From an uncultured archaeon (GTDB lineage Archaea; Nanohalarchaeota; Nanosalinia; Nanosalinales; Nanosalinaceae), in the NCBI GenBank assembly GCA_964421955.1, contig CAYQYU010000003.1, positions 1 through 64,000 on the forward strand: 64,000 nucleotides of DNA, given 5' to 3'. The notes below the pieces were generated by a model. That model made no database searches and was not told the origin of the DNA. It saw only the letters and a list, made by a program, of their open reading frames with translations. Position 1 is the stretch's first letter, and the number at the start of each line of letters is the position of its first letter. A program made the translations under genes and the position numbers. This document shows, piece after piece, positions 19,084 to 29,598 of the stretch.

Positions 19084-19611
19084 ATGAGAAAAGGTATCAC
19101 ACCTGTGATAGCAATTGTCCTGCTACTACTGATCACAGTAGGAGCTGTAGGAGTTGTCTGGACACAGTTCCAGAGCCTTACAGGCAACCCCGAGGATGAT
19201 TTCAGTCAACAGCAACAGGTCAGGAACACTGAACTATCTTTTAGTTCAGTCTACAACAACGACACCTCGCAGACTGCTCCAGTAGGTGACTCGATCAACA
19301 TCACGATCAGGAACACCGGTAGCGTGGCGATCAACGTAACCGAGGACCTGGAAATCTCGTTCGTTCCACAGGATTCGGACAGCGGACTGGCATTCAACGT
19401 CTATCCAGACACAGTTCAGGCCAGCTCAGACTGCTTCAACCCTCATGGCGGAGACGAGCAGATCGAGCCCAGTGAGTCCTACACCTGCAAGACAGGAATA
19501 GCATGGCCACAGCCTACCGAAAACGTAGGAATCGTTGTATCGATGCAGGGTGAAGATAAGTCTTGGTCCTACTCCTGTTCGCCTACGACCAGTAGCAGTG
19601 TAACCTGCTAA
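19084..19611 (+). CDS. Type IV pilin (probable major pilin)
   Basis: MRKG/ITPVIAIVLLLLITVGAVG and IRNTG. Own TTTAAGTA box upstream and T-rich tract downstream. Confidence 0.88.
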   Translation: MRKGITPVIAIVLLLLITVGAVGVVWTQFQSLTGNPEDDFSQQQQVRNTELSFSSVYNNDTSQTAPVGDSINITIRNTGSVAINVTEDLEISFVPQDSDSGLAFNVYPDTVQASSDCFNPHGGDEQIEPSESYTCKTGIAWPQPTENVGIVVSMQGEDKSWSYSCSPTTSSSVTC

Positions 19612-19668
19612 AACTTCCCACATTTCTTTCCACTTATTTTATATTCTACTAGATAGCTTTGTCTCTAT

Positions 19669-20316
19669 ATGGAAGGACAGACGCAGGCACTCACAGCGGT
19701 CCTTATAACTTCAGTCACGGTGGGTGCGGTTGCGACTGCCTACATATGGGGAACACCGCTGCTTGAAAAGAGACAGAGCAAGGCAGAACTACAGCAAGTT
19801 GAGGATGATGTTCTTAATCTCAGGGAAGAGATAGCATCAGTCAGCAGGAGTGGACCCCAGTCAACATCCCAGGTGGATCTAGAGGTACCCCGGGGAAGAG
19901 TAGAGGTTAATGGGCAGAACAACTACATTGAGGTACATACGCAGGCTCAGCGACCACCCTATCCCTCCGGGACATGGACACTTATCCAGGGTAAGAACCC
20001 CAGGAACCTTAGCATAGGCTCCGGAAGCTACGGCATAGAGGGAGAGGACCTTCCCGGCGTTGTCGCAGTCAGGGCCGCTTCAGGCTCAAGTTCCACAGTT
20101 GTCACGTACAGGATAGAATTCAGGAACCTCTACACCGATACCCCCACAGGAGCTGAACTCAGGAAAGTTAAGCTGAGGTCTGCAGGAAGACAGACTGCAA
20201 CCGAGGAAGCCAACCTTCTCATATCAAACATGGGCACGGAAGAAGACAGTATACAGGTCGAAACAGGAGAGACACTTCCACGGACGAAAACGATCGTAGA
20301 GATAGATCTGCAGTGA
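19669..20316 (+). CDS. Pilin-like protein
   Basis: EG/QTQALTAVLITSVTVGAVATAYIWG. Architecture similar to 10010..10738. Confidence 0.72.
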   Translation: MEGQTQALTAVLITSVTVGAVATAYIWGTPLLEKRQSKAELQQVEDDVLNLREEIASVSRSGPQSTSQVDLEVPRGRVEVNGQNNYIEVHTQAQRPPYPSGTWTLIQGKNPRNLSIGSGSYGIEGEDLPGVVAVRAASGSSSTVVTYRIEFRNLYTDTPTGAELRKVKLRSAGRQTATEEANLLISNMGTEEDSIQVETGETLPRTKTIVEIDLQ

Positions 20317-20323
20317 TTCACAG

Positions 20324-20722
20324 ATGAAAGGTCAGTACCTGGCGGTCGAGAGCGTTATGACGTTTGGAATGGGCCTGGTAGTTGCAATAGGCACAATATC
20401 CGCTTTCTCAGGTTACAAGGGCGAGATGATGGAAACCGCCAGACAGCAGCAGGTAAACGCCATAGAGTCCGAGGTATCAGCCGCTGTCCACGCACTTAGA
20501 CCGGCGGAATCAGGCAACAAACAGGTCGATTTACCCGAAACCCTGGGTGGAAGCGACTACGAGATAGCGCTGAACGGGGGAGTAAAGATATTCGTGAACA
20601 ACCAGGAATACTTTACAGAACTCTCTGATCTCGAATCCACCTACGACTTCCAGGGCTCAGCAAGCGGGGGATCAGTAAAAGTATACAAAAGGGGAAACCA
20701 ATATACTTTAAGGGCAAACTAA
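20324..20722 (+). CDS. Pilin-like protein
   Basis: MKG/QYLAVESVMTFGMG and LPETLGGSDY motif. Confidence 0.72.
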   Translation: MKGQYLAVESVMTFGMGLVVAIGTISAFSGYKGEMMETARQQQVNAIESEVSAAVHALRPAESGNKQVDLPETLGGSDYEIALNGGVKIFVNNQEYFTELSDLESTYDFQGSASGGSVKVYKRGNQYTLRAN

Positions 20723-22431
20723 TGAGTCTGAACTTCAACAACCTCATAGAAAACCTCAAGAAGGCGAAGCACCCGGAATGGTATGAAGAGGAAGAACAGG
20801 AAGAAGAGCACGACATGACAGGTGTCGAGCTGCCTGCACCGGGCAGTTTCAACCCGGAGATGGTCGAGGAAAGCGAAGAAGGAGAGAAACTTACCAATGT
20901 TGATGTGTCGTACCCTCTTGTCCCGAAAGATCCAGAACCCGGAGAAATAGTTTACGCATGGGGCCACATAACCTGGAGCGAGGAGAAGGGAGAGCTGATC
21001 TACAGGATAATTGAACCCGAGCTGACAGGAAACACACAGGAAATACTCGAAAAGATAAAGCAAATACTGGAGCGGAGTCTTGACATCCAGTTCAACGAGC
21101 TGGAGGCAGGAGAGGCCGACGAATACCTGTCAGAGAAAATCGACATGATCGTTGACAAGTACAACATCTCCCTCAGCGACCGCCAGAGAGAAATAATCCG
21201 TTACTACGCATACAGGGACTTCGCGGGACTCGGAAAGCTCCAGCCACTGATGAACGACAAGGAAGTCGAGGACATCTCCTGCGACGGCCTCGATATCCCT
21301 GTATACGCATACCACAGGAACCCCAAGTTCGGGTCTGTCAAGACAACCATTATGTGGGAAGACGAGGAAGAACTTGACAGTTTCGTCATGAAGCTGGCGC
21401 AGCGCTGCGGCCGATCTATATCGGTTTCAAGCCCGCTGCTTGACGGTGCGTTGCCCGATGGATCACGTGTACAGGCAACGCTGGCGACAGATATCGCGAG
21501 AAAGGGGAGCAACTTCACTATCAGGCGTTTCACGGAAGATCCGCTGACTCCTATCCACATGATGGAGTTCGAGACGGAAAATGCCCAGATGCTCTCATAC
21601 CTCTGGACTCTTGTCGAACACGGCAAATCAATACTTGTAGCAGGAACAACTGGTGCAGGAAAGACGTCGCAGCTGAACGCGTTATCGCTTTTCATACGAC
21701 CGGAAAAAAAGATCGTATCAATCGAGGACACGCCCGAGCTACGTTTACCTCACGACCACTGGGTGCCGGAAGTCGCGCGCTCGGGTTTCGGATCATCCGC
21801 GGAAGAAGGCGGGCAAGTATCCATGGACGATTTACTAAAAGAATCCCTGCGCCAGCGTCCGGAATACATTATTGTCGGTGAGGTCCGTGGTGAAGAGGCC
21901 TACATCCTGTTCCAGCAGATGGCAACGGGGCACACCGGCCTGTCAACGATCCACGCCGACTCGCTCGACATGCTTATGGACCGGCTGACGACAAACCCTA
22001 TCAATCTCTCTCCTGCGTTGATCGAGACTCTCGACGCAATAATGCTTATCGCAAGGATCAGGAGGAACGACAGCTATATCAGACGTATAAAGGGTATTTA
22101 CGAGATCGAGGGATATGACAAGAGAACCGGTATCGACGCGAACAAGGTCTTCGGCTGGGACCCTGAAACCGATGAATACGTGGTCGAAAACAATTCCATG
22201 CTGCTCAAACAGATCGTCGACCAGACCGGCATGGATGAGGAAGAGATCCAGCGTGAACTGGTGAACAAACAGCACGTCCTGACCTGGATGGAGGAACAGC
22301 AGCACAAGCACTACCGGAAGGTCGGGGACATAATATCTCGATACTACTCTAACTCCGAGGCAGTCCTCGAAAAGGCAACCCGCCAGGTAAACTCTGATCA
22401 AGAACAAGTAGAGTTAGAGGAGAATGCTTGA
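20722..22431 (+). CDS. pilB: Type IV pilus assembly ATPase (VirB11/ArlI/PilB family)
   Basis: Walker A GTTGAGKT, SIEDTPEL, LRQRPEYIIVGEVRG, TGHTGLSTIHA. Confidence 0.93.
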   Translation: MSLNFNNLIENLKKAKHPEWYEEEEQEEEHDMTGVELPAPGSFNPEMVEESEEGEKLTNVDVSYPLVPKDPEPGEIVYAWGHITWSEEKGELIYRIIEPELTGNTQEILEKIKQILERSLDIQFNELEAGEADEYLSEKIDMIVDKYNISLSDRQREIIRYYAYRDFAGLGKLQPLMNDKEVEDISCDGLDIPVYAYHRNPKFGSVKTTIMWEDEEELDSFVMKLAQRCGRSISVSSPLLDGALPDGSRVQATLATDIARKGSNFTIRRFTEDPLTPIHMMEFETENAQMLSYLWTLVEHGKSILVAGTTGAGKTSQLNALSLFIRPEKKIVSIEDTPELRLPHDHWVPEVARSGFGSSAEEGGQVSMDDLLKESLRQRPEYIIVGEVRGEEAYILFQQMATGHTGLSTIHADSLDMLMDRLTTNPINLSPALIETLDAIMLIARIRRNDSYIRRIKGIYEIEGYDKRTGIDANKVFGWDPETDEYVVENNSMLLKQIVDQTGMDEEEIQRELVNKQHVLTWMEEQQHKHYRKVGDIISRYYSNSEAVLEKATRQVNSDQEQVELEENA

Positions 22432-23296
22432 GACCTATGCAGAGTTCTGCTACAACCAGATCGGAAACTACGTCCTCGACTATCTGGAGTATTTCGAGGA
22501 TCTTAGACCACAGCTCTCAAAGGCAAACATAAACGTCTCGCTGCCAGAATACGTCGCCGCAATAGCCTTCTCATCACTTGTAGCATCAGTATGCAGCGTT
22601 TTCGTGCTCAGCAGCATCTTCATGGCCAGCATGGGGATCTCGGGGTTCATATTCGGAATAACCGCCTCACTGATCGTGGGTGCAGCTACCATGCTGGGAT
22701 TCTACCTCTATCCATCGATACTCATAAGGAACAGGGCCTCGAAGATCCGGGACTCCCTGCCTTTCGCGACGATGTACATGTCAACCCTCGCGGGAACCGG
22801 GACCTCGATGCAGAAGATATTTGCAGTGCTGGCGGAGCAGGAAGAGTACGGTGAAGTCGCCCAGGAGGCCGAAAAGATAAACAGGGACATAGAGACCTTC
22901 GGCATGGACATCAGCGAGGCCCTGAAAAACGCCGCTGACAGAACGCCGAGCAACGACTTCAAGGACCTTATGTGGGGAATGAACCATGTCATAACCTCCG
23001 GCGGATCACTGAGAGTCTTCCTCCAGGAAAGAGCACAGTCCCTGATGAACGAGTACCAGCGGCGCGTCGAAGAGTTTGCGAGCCAGCTCGGACTCCTGGT
23101 GGAAATGTACATTACAATTGTAATTGTCGGATCGATAATATTTACCTCGATGAGCGCCGTCATGAGCACTTTCACATCGATGCCCAGCAACGTCATCGTC
23201 ACTATCCAGATACTTACAATATTCATAGGCCTACCGCTTATATCCGGGATGTTCATAGTACTTGTCAAGGGCATGGCGCCAGGAGGAGTGAGGTGA
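22424..23296 (+). CDS. Type II secretion F / TadC-like pilus membrane platform protein
   Basis: LPFA..YM.TLAG.G, GMDISEAL...A.RTPS motifs and TM helices. Confidence 0.88.
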   Translation: MLETYAEFCYNQIGNYVLDYLEYFEDLRPQLSKANINVSLPEYVAAIAFSSLVASVCSVFVLSSIFMASMGISGFIFGITASLIVGAATMLGFYLYPSILIRNRASKIRDSLPFATMYMSTLAGTGTSMQKIFAVLAEQEEYGEVAQEAEKINRDIETFGMDISEALKNAADRTPSNDFKDLMWGMNHVITSGGSLRVFLQERAQSLMNEYQRRVEEFASQLGLLVEMYITIVIVGSIIFTSMSAVMSTFTSMPSNVIVTIQILTIFIGLPLISGMFIVLVKGMAPGGVR

Positions 23297-23334
23297 TGTC
23301 TTATGGTAGGAGAAATCCATAGAGGTGATAACAG

Positions 23335-24360
23335 GTGCTAGAGTTCTTCAGGGAAGAAGAGTACCAGAAAGGATACTCCCTTGAAGACAAGATTGTCTTC
23401 GGATCTATATTTGCAGGAGGACTACTGATAATCATAGGCATAATTATCTACAGCACAGTATCATCCCAGATGGGAAGCGCTCTGCTGCTTCTGGGACTTA
23501 TCGGAGGCATCCTGCCCTACGGCATCATATCATTCCTGAAGAACCGGGCCATAAGACAGATGGAGGACCAGTTCCCTTCCTTCCTGAAAGATCTGGCCGA
23601 ATCGAAGAGAGGAGGCATGACAATAATACAGGCCTTCGAATCCGCCAGGGAAACAGACTACGGCCGGCTGAACAGCGAGATAGAAAAGATACACAACGAA
23701 CTCACCTGGGGTATACCATTTCCCGAAGTCATGCAGAGATTCTCCCACCGGGTAAGCGACTCCGCAGTGATCCAGGAATCCATGTCTATCCTCCTCCAGA
23801 GCTTCAAGAGCGGAGGAAACATCACGAAAACTATCGAGGCTATCGCCGAGGACGCAACCGATCTTAAGGAGACTATCCAGAAGAAACAGTCAAAGATCAA
23901 ACAGCAGGTCTTCATCATGTACGTCATCTACTTCCTGTTCATCGGAATCACAATCGGAATCTACGCAATGCTTGGGCAGCTCCTCGGCCTTGGAACCGCC
24001 GGAGAAGGAGCCCTCGGAGGCCTCGACTTCCTGGGCGAGGGCGGCGGAGGCTCCGTAAACTACTGTAGTGGAGAGATAGCTGCCGCGGCACCGCTCTGCC
24101 AGACCGGGAGGCTCTTCGGCTTCGTACCAGGTAACGTGACCTCTTTCACGTCAGAGTACGCACTGAAATACAGCTACGGGAACATGGCTTACTACAAATC
24201 GCTGCTTTTCGCGATGCTCATGGTCCAGGGTGCCGCAACAGGAGCCGTGGCAGGACAGATATCTGAGGGAAGCCCGAGCGCGGGCGTCAAACACGCCCTT
24301 ATAATGCTTCCAGTGGCCTTCGTGGCATACATGTACGCAGTGGGACTGGCAGGTGTCTGA
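23335..24360 (+). CDS. Second T2SS-F / TadB/C-like membrane protein
   Basis: FPSFLKDLAES.RGGM, LTWGIPF, SGGNI, GQISEGS..AG.KH. GTG start with SD. Confidence 0.88.
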   Translation: MLEFFREEEYQKGYSLEDKIVFGSIFAGGLLIIIGIIIYSTVSSQMGSALLLLGLIGGILPYGIISFLKNRAIRQMEDQFPSFLKDLAESKRGGMTIIQAFESARETDYGRLNSEIEKIHNELTWGIPFPEVMQRFSHRVSDSAVIQESMSILLQSFKSGGNITKTIEAIAEDATDLKETIQKKQSKIKQQVFIMYVIYFLFIGITIGIYAMLGQLLGLGTAGEGALGGLDFLGEGGGGSVNYCSGEIAAAAPLCQTGRLFGFVPGNVTSFTSEYALKYSYGNMAYYKSLLFAMLMVQGAATGAVAGQISEGSPSAGVKHALIMLPVAFVAYMYAVGLAGV

Positions 24361-24408
24361 CATGTCGAAAACCGGAGATTTTCTTGTCCAGAACAGGGTT
24401 GTCCTCGA

Positions 24409-25260
24409 GTGAAGGGGCAGATAAACCTGGAGTTCCTGGCCGCTGCCCTGCTATACCTGGGAGCGCTCGGAACAATAGTAGTTCTCAGTTCAGGCACAAT
24501 ACCTGAATTCACGGAAGACATGGAGAGAGCATCCCTGAACCTGGAGGCCCGGCAGATTTCAACCAAGATCCTGACAACCTCCGGACACCACAGCTTTGGA
24601 TCAGGGGGTCCTAACTGGCACAGTAACAATACCACCGTCGATAACATAGAGGCCTTCGGACTGGCATCCGACTATCTCCAGGTTGAGAGAGACAAGATAT
24701 CCAGGATGAAAACCGCTAATCCAAGAAAGGGCTTCAACTACTTCAACTACACACAGTTCAAGAACGTTACCGGGGTCGACAACCAGTACCGCTTCAACTT
24801 CACCTGGATGCCGATAGTGGAGACACCGCGCTCATTCACCAGGGGCTCTGCACCCTTCGCGGCAAAAGACGGCAAACCCAACATCACGGAACCCAGCACA
24901 GGGTACTACATAGCATCGGGTAACGACATCCACTACGGCTCCAGCACTCTAAACGGCCGGACATATAACTTTCTGGTCACCTCCCATGACGGAGTCTACA
25001 ACACTACCTATGTATCCAATAACTGGGATTTCGGCGGATATCCTCCTCTCGGAATAGACGACAACATCAACCTCTACGGCGAGGAATACAGGATAAGGAG
25101 CATCCAGAACCGGCCGGATGAGCCGGGGTCAATGCTTATACTGGGACAGCATCTCAAAACCTTTGGAGCGAGCGTTGACTCGGATTCTACCGTTACAAGC
25201 ATGCAAAGATTTGCGCTGCTCGAGGGAGAACCACTGCGGGTGAGAGTTCTGGCATGGTAG
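24409..25260 (+). CDS. Minor pilin-like protein
   Basis: KG/QINLEFLAAALLYL. Confidence 0.7.
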   Translation: MKGQINLEFLAAALLYLGALGTIVVLSSGTIPEFTEDMERASLNLEARQISTKILTTSGHHSFGSGGPNWHSNNTTVDNIEAFGLASDYLQVERDKISRMKTANPRKGFNYFNYTQFKNVTGVDNQYRFNFTWMPIVETPRSFTRGSAPFAAKDGKPNITEPSTGYYIASGNDIHYGSSTLNGRTYNFLVTSHDGVYNTTYVSNNWDFGGYPPLGIDDNINLYGEEYRIRSIQNRPDEPGSMLILGQHLKTFGASVDSDSTVTSMQRFALLEGEPLRVRVLAW

Positions 25261-27068
25261 ACACAGCTTTCTATAGAAAACTTTCCAGGCAGCTCATGCC
25301 CGGAGGCAAACACAAGGGCATAGGATACATGATAGAGGCCATAGTCGCCACCCTGACCATACTGATATTTGCGGTCGGGAGCGTGTCCTCTCCACCGGAC
25401 CACGACTGGAACCAGTTCCAGAACCAGATAGAATCCCAGGATATATCCTACGTCCTCGAACAGTCAGGTCACATGAACAACTTCCTCCAGAGGTCGGAGA
25501 CAGGATCGATAAGGACCGCGGCAAACACGCTCTCCGGCAACATGGAGGTCTCGGGAACCGTCCAGAACCTCCCGATAAGGAGATCGGTGATAGGCTTCCA
25601 CACTCTCCAGAATGACATATACGGCTTCGACACGGTAGATGCTTCAGCAGCCCCGGACAACAGGTGCTACACCTCCAACGACCTCGAGGAAATAGTCGAT
25701 AACTCCGAGGGAAACCTGAACGATATCAAGAGAACAGAGAACGAGAGGCACGGCGTCTACCTCTACTTTGCGGATACCGACCCTAGAATATCCGCGGGCT
25801 ACGACGGTGTCGAAAATTACGACTCTGTCTGGGTTGACAACGGAACCCGGTGCCAGTTCAGCGCTTCGGAGGGGCCTCACTACATCGATGACTTCTTCTT
25901 CTGGGGCAACACTTCAGACGCAGAGGCCGACGACCACTACGACTTCAAGAACATAAGCTATGACGGCAGCAGTTTTGTCGTCTACAACGCGACACAGGTC
26001 GTAAGGTTCAGAAACACCATGAGCCAGCCGCTCAACGGCATCAACACAGACACTCACTTCGACACCTTTAACTTCTCGATCAACGATCTCGACGTCTACC
26101 GGGTTCTCGTATTCCGGAGACAGCAGACTCTCAACACACTCGATACCAACCCGGAGAGAACCAGATTACTTGACTATCTCAAGACCGGTTCCGCACTCTT
26201 CCTGATGGATATTGACCAGAGCGATATAACCAGCGGCTTCATGTCCGAAACAGGTATGGAATGGATCGATCTCGACTGGGGAGCGCCGCCCTCAAGAGCC
26301 CGTTTCTCAAACACCAGGAACTCGGAAGACGTTGAGACATATTTCCTGGGACAGAACGGTAACGATAATGCAGTCTCGCTTGATCCTGGCGGAAATATCT
26401 CATCGAGCACAGGCGATACCAAGCTATCCGGCGAAAAACTCGCCTACGCCGGCACCGGCAGATACCAGACCAGCCAGTGGAACGCCACCAACATGTCAAT
26501 GGATTCCACCGCGAGCCCTCTACCGGGATCACCGTCGCCAGCGGGCTGCTCCAACTACAAAGAAGGCACATTCTCCTTCCCTGCCGGCAACTACGATATT
26601 GTAGCGACCGAACTGGGCGAGACCAGCTGCAGCGATATATGGAGCCTGAGCATCGATCTCAACGGCAACGGCCAGATCGAACAGCCCCGGGAGGGTCCGT
26701 ACGTCAACGGCGAGCTTCTCGAAGTTGACGGCCGGAGCTACTCTGTCAGGATCTATCCCCTCACAACACCAGGATGTAGTGAAGGAGAGTGCGCAGAGTT
26801 CATAACTGCGGGAAGTGACAGGATCGAGATCGTCAACCACAGGACCAAGTTCGAGACCCAGGAGATCGAGAAATTCGCAAGGGCAGGTTACGAGCCAGTC
26901 TACAACACCGACGAGAGAAAACTTCTGGCCTCCGTGATATACTGGCTCGCGGGCGACGAGACAAACTTTGGACCGGAAGAGGCTTCGCCGACATCAACCT
27001 CTGTAGTCGGGGGTATAAAGAATACTATATACATGCCCTACAAAGTCAATTTGAGGTGGAAACAGTGA
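25254..27068 (+). CDS. Large minor pilin-like / tip adhesin candidate
   Basis: KG/IGYMIEAIVATLTILIF followed by a ~550-aa extracellular Cys-containing region. The start may be ATG 25296. Confidence 0.7.
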   Translation: MVDTAFYRKLSRQLMPGGKHKGIGYMIEAIVATLTILIFAVGSVSSPPDHDWNQFQNQIESQDISYVLEQSGHMNNFLQRSETGSIRTAANTLSGNMEVSGTVQNLPIRRSVIGFHTLQNDIYGFDTVDASAAPDNRCYTSNDLEEIVDNSEGNLNDIKRTENERHGVYLYFADTDPRISAGYDGVENYDSVWVDNGTRCQFSASEGPHYIDDFFFWGNTSDAEADDHYDFKNISYDGSSFVVYNATQVVRFRNTMSQPLNGINTDTHFDTFNFSINDLDVYRVLVFRRQQTLNTLDTNPERTRLLDYLKTGSALFLMDIDQSDITSGFMSETGMEWIDLDWGAPPSRARFSNTRNSEDVETYFLGQNGNDNAVSLDPGGNISSSTGDTKLSGEKLAYAGTGRYQTSQWNATNMSMDSTASPLPGSPSPAGCSNYKEGTFSFPAGNYDIVATELGETSCSDIWSLSIDLNGNGQIEQPREGPYVNGELLEVDGRSYSVRIYPLTTPGCSEGECAEFITAGSDRIEIVNHRTKFETQEIEKFARAGYEPVYNTDERKLLASVIYWLAGDETNFGPEEASPTSTSVVGGIKNTIYMPYKVNLRWKQ

Positions 27069-27406
27069 AAACCTGGGGGGCTCCGCGGAAAGGACAGTTC
27101 CTGCTGATCTCCTCTATAGTCCTGGGACTGATGCTCATCACTGCCGCATCCACGATCTCCCAGACCAAGTCCCGGGAATACCGGCAAGAGCCTGACGAGT
27201 ACAATGCCCACCTCATCAAACAGGAGGCGGAGAAAATCGACATGAGCAACAGCCACGAAAGGAAAGAGTTCGACAAGCTCACGGACATGGTAACCAATTA
27301 CAGGTCAACCACCCGGTACTGGCGCACACAGAACTGCTTCAACATAACTCTGCAGAACCCGAGAACTCTTATGAGACTACACGCCCCAGAGTCATTCTGC
27401 CCCTAG
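27065..27406 (+). CDS. Minor pilin-like protein
   Basis: RKG/QFLLISSIVLGLML. GTGA overlap with the upstream stop. Confidence 0.65.
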   Translation: MKTWGAPRKGQFLLISSIVLGLMLITAASTISQTKSREYRQEPDEYNAHLIKQEAEKIDMSNSHERKEFDKLTDMVTNYRSTTRYWRTQNCFNITLQNPRTLMRLHAPESFCP

Positions 27407-28590
27407 AAATCCCTGATGAACTCGACTTCATCCTCCGAAAGATCTAGCTGTTCTGCGAGATCGGGATTCTCTCCAATCATTAAAGAGAGGAACGGAATCA
27501 TCTGCTTGGAGTCCCTTTTCGAGGCGTGAAGCTTCTCTCCAACCTTTGCCGCGATCGAATCCATCCTGTTCCTCGCGGCACGGGAAGAACCCATCCGCCG
27601 GATTTTACCCGGGTACTGGTACTTTGTCCATCCCTCGTACTTCTCATCCTTTGAGAGCGAGACACCCACCGTCGTGAAAAGGTAGACATATTTCAGCAGC
27701 TTCCAGTTCTGTGTCACCCTGATACGGCCGTTGAAAACGTCTGCCCCTGAGATCCACCTGTACGCCTCCGCGACATCTCCCGGCTTCTGGTACTCCCGGG
27801 GAATATTCTCCCGGACCCACTGCATGAAGGTGTCAGCGTCCTCGTCAAGGTTGTTGGTCGCCTGTCTTGCGGTTTCGGCACTTGAAGTCTTGAAGACGAT
27901 CTTTAGCGCCTCAAAAACGTCCTGCTCCGAGTCCCTGTAACCCAGCGAATCAAGGTCTTCTGAAGTAAGTTTATCTCGCCCGAGCGCAACCGATTCAAGG
28001 TCGTTAACCGCGGATCTCATCTGGCCGCCTGCCTGTCTCGCGATTCTCTTCACCGCGTCCTCATGGTACTCTATACCCTCGCTCTCCAGTATCTGCTTGA
28101 GATGAGCATTGATCGAGTTGGTGTGGACCGATCCAAGCTCGATAAGTTCGGACTTTTCCCTCAGGGTCCGGATCTTCGAATCATACGCGTCGTTCGCGGT
28201 CATGATTACTGGGAAGCGGGAGCCGTCAACGATCCGGTTAAGCTCCTGCGTACCTCCTCTATCACCGGAGGACATTCCATCGACCTCATCGATGAGAATT
28301 ATTTTCTGGGAGCCGAAGAAAGATGCCTGGCGCGTCGCCTCCTTCAGATCCGACTTTAGTTTCTTCTTAGTGCGGACGTCAGAGGCATTGGTCTCCACGA
28401 GCTCGTACCCGAGATCGTTCGCCAACGCCTCTACAAGAGAAGTCTTGCCAGTACCTGCCTGACCGTAGAGAAGTATCGGTTTCGAGTCGTCGCCCCAGTT
28501 CTTTACAAGTTGCTTCAGTTTCTTCTTCTGCTTCGACGCGCCACGGTAATCATCGAGAGACTCCGGACGATACCTGTCAACCCACATCAT
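27403..28590 (-). CDS. rfcL: Replication factor C large subunit
   Basis: WVDRYRP, GQAGTGKTS, ETNASDVR, IDEVDGM; adjacent to the small subunit. Confidence 0.95.
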   Translation of the reverse strand: MMWVDRYRPESLDDYRGASKQKKKLKQLVKNWGDDSKPILLYGQAGTGKTSLVEALANDLGYELVETNASDVRTKKKLKSDLKEATRQASFFGSQKIILIDEVDGMSSGDRGGTQELNRIVDGSRFPVIMTANDAYDSKIRTLREKSELIELGSVHTNSINAHLKQILESEGIEYHEDAVKRIARQAGGQMRSAVNDLESVALGRDKLTSEDLDSLGYRDSEQDVFEALKIVFKTSSAETARQATNNLDEDADTFMQWVRENIPREYQKPGDVAEAYRWISGADVFNGRIRVTQNWKLLKYVYLFTTVGVSLSKDEKYEGWTKYQYPGKIRRMGSSRAARNRMDSIAAKVGEKLHASKRDSKQMIPFLSLMIGENPDLAEQLDLSEDEVEFIRDF

Positions 28591-29537
28591 TCTTCGTCCA
28601 GATCAGCTATCTTGGCGAGGAGTGCCTCGATCTGTATATCAGAGGTGCCTCCCTCGGCAATCCTGAACTCGAACTCCCCCAGGTTTTCAATTATCTCGAG
28701 CTTCCCATGCTCCGAAATGTCAAGGTCGAAAACCTCGCGGTGAATCGACCGGATAACGTCTTCACCGTCAAGACCGCGGTCAATCATTATCTCCGCAAGC
28801 TGGTCGCGGGAATCCATGAAGTCTCCCTCTAGCGCAAGCTCCAGAATTTCGTTGATCTCCTCGGGTCTAAGCGAGGCGGCGGCACCGTAAACGTCCTCCT
28901 CTCCAATCTTGTCGCGCTGGATCGCCGCGGTCTGTAGAATATTGGTTACGCGCCTGAGATCGCCCTCGGCGACACGCATAACCGCCTCAATTGCCTCCTC
29001 CGAGATCTTGAAGTCCTCTCCCTTCGCTACCCGGGTAATGTAAGTCTTCACGTCGTCCTCTTTGAGACGGTTAAACCGGAAGACGGCGCAGCGGGACTGT
29101 ATAGGATCAATTATCTTCGACGAATAGTTGCATGACAGGATAAAGCGGGTGTTACCCGAGAACTGCTCCATCGTCCTCCTCAATGCCTGCTGGGCGTCCG
29201 CGGTCAGGGCGTCGGCCTCGTCGAGAAAAATTATCTTGTAGTCGGCGTTGACAGATTTCGTCCTAGCGAAGTCCTTGATCTTCTCCCGTACAACATCGAT
29301 ACCTCTATCGTCGCTCGCATTAGTTTCCATAAAGTTCTGCTTCCATTCATCGCCGTAGAGGTCTTTTGCAAGCGCAATCGCGCTTGTGGTTTTCCCCGTA
29401 CCCGCGGGACCCGCAAACAGCAGGTGCGGGATCGAGTCCTCCTCGACGAACGCCTCAAGCCTTGAGACAATCTCCTCCTGGTTTACTATCTCGCCAAGGG
29501 TATCGGGCCGGTACTTTTCAGTCCACACGTCTATCAT
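28587..29537 (-). CDS. rfcS: Replication factor C small subunit
   Basis: WTEKYRP, GPAGTGKTT, NASDDRGIDVVR, DEADALT, IQSRC. Start MIDVW at 29537. Confidence 0.97.
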   Translation of the reverse strand: MIDVWTEKYRPDTLGEIVNQEEIVSRLEAFVEEDSIPHLLFAGPAGTGKTTSAIALAKDLYGDEWKQNFMETNASDDRGIDVVREKIKDFARTKSVNADYKIIFLDEADALTADAQQALRRTMEQFSGNTRFILSCNYSSKIIDPIQSRCAVFRFNRLKEDDVKTYITRVAKGEDFKISEEAIEAVMRVAEGDLRRVTNILQTAAIQRDKIGEEDVYGAAASLRPEEINEILELALEGDFMDSRDQLAEIMIDRGLDGEDVIRSIHREVFDLDISEHGKLEIIENLGEFEFRIAEGGTSDIQIEALLAKIADLDEE

Positions 29538-29598
29538 GCTAACTCTAGTCTTGAAAGCGGAAATCAAGCTTTTATTCTTTCATCACCCCGGCCTTTTC

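Noticed and set aside
18501-24360. Archaellum (flagellum) operon
   Set aside because: No ArlH/KaiC-like ATPase or recognisable ArlF/G. Two TadB/C-type genes and many minor pilins fit a type IV pilus better.
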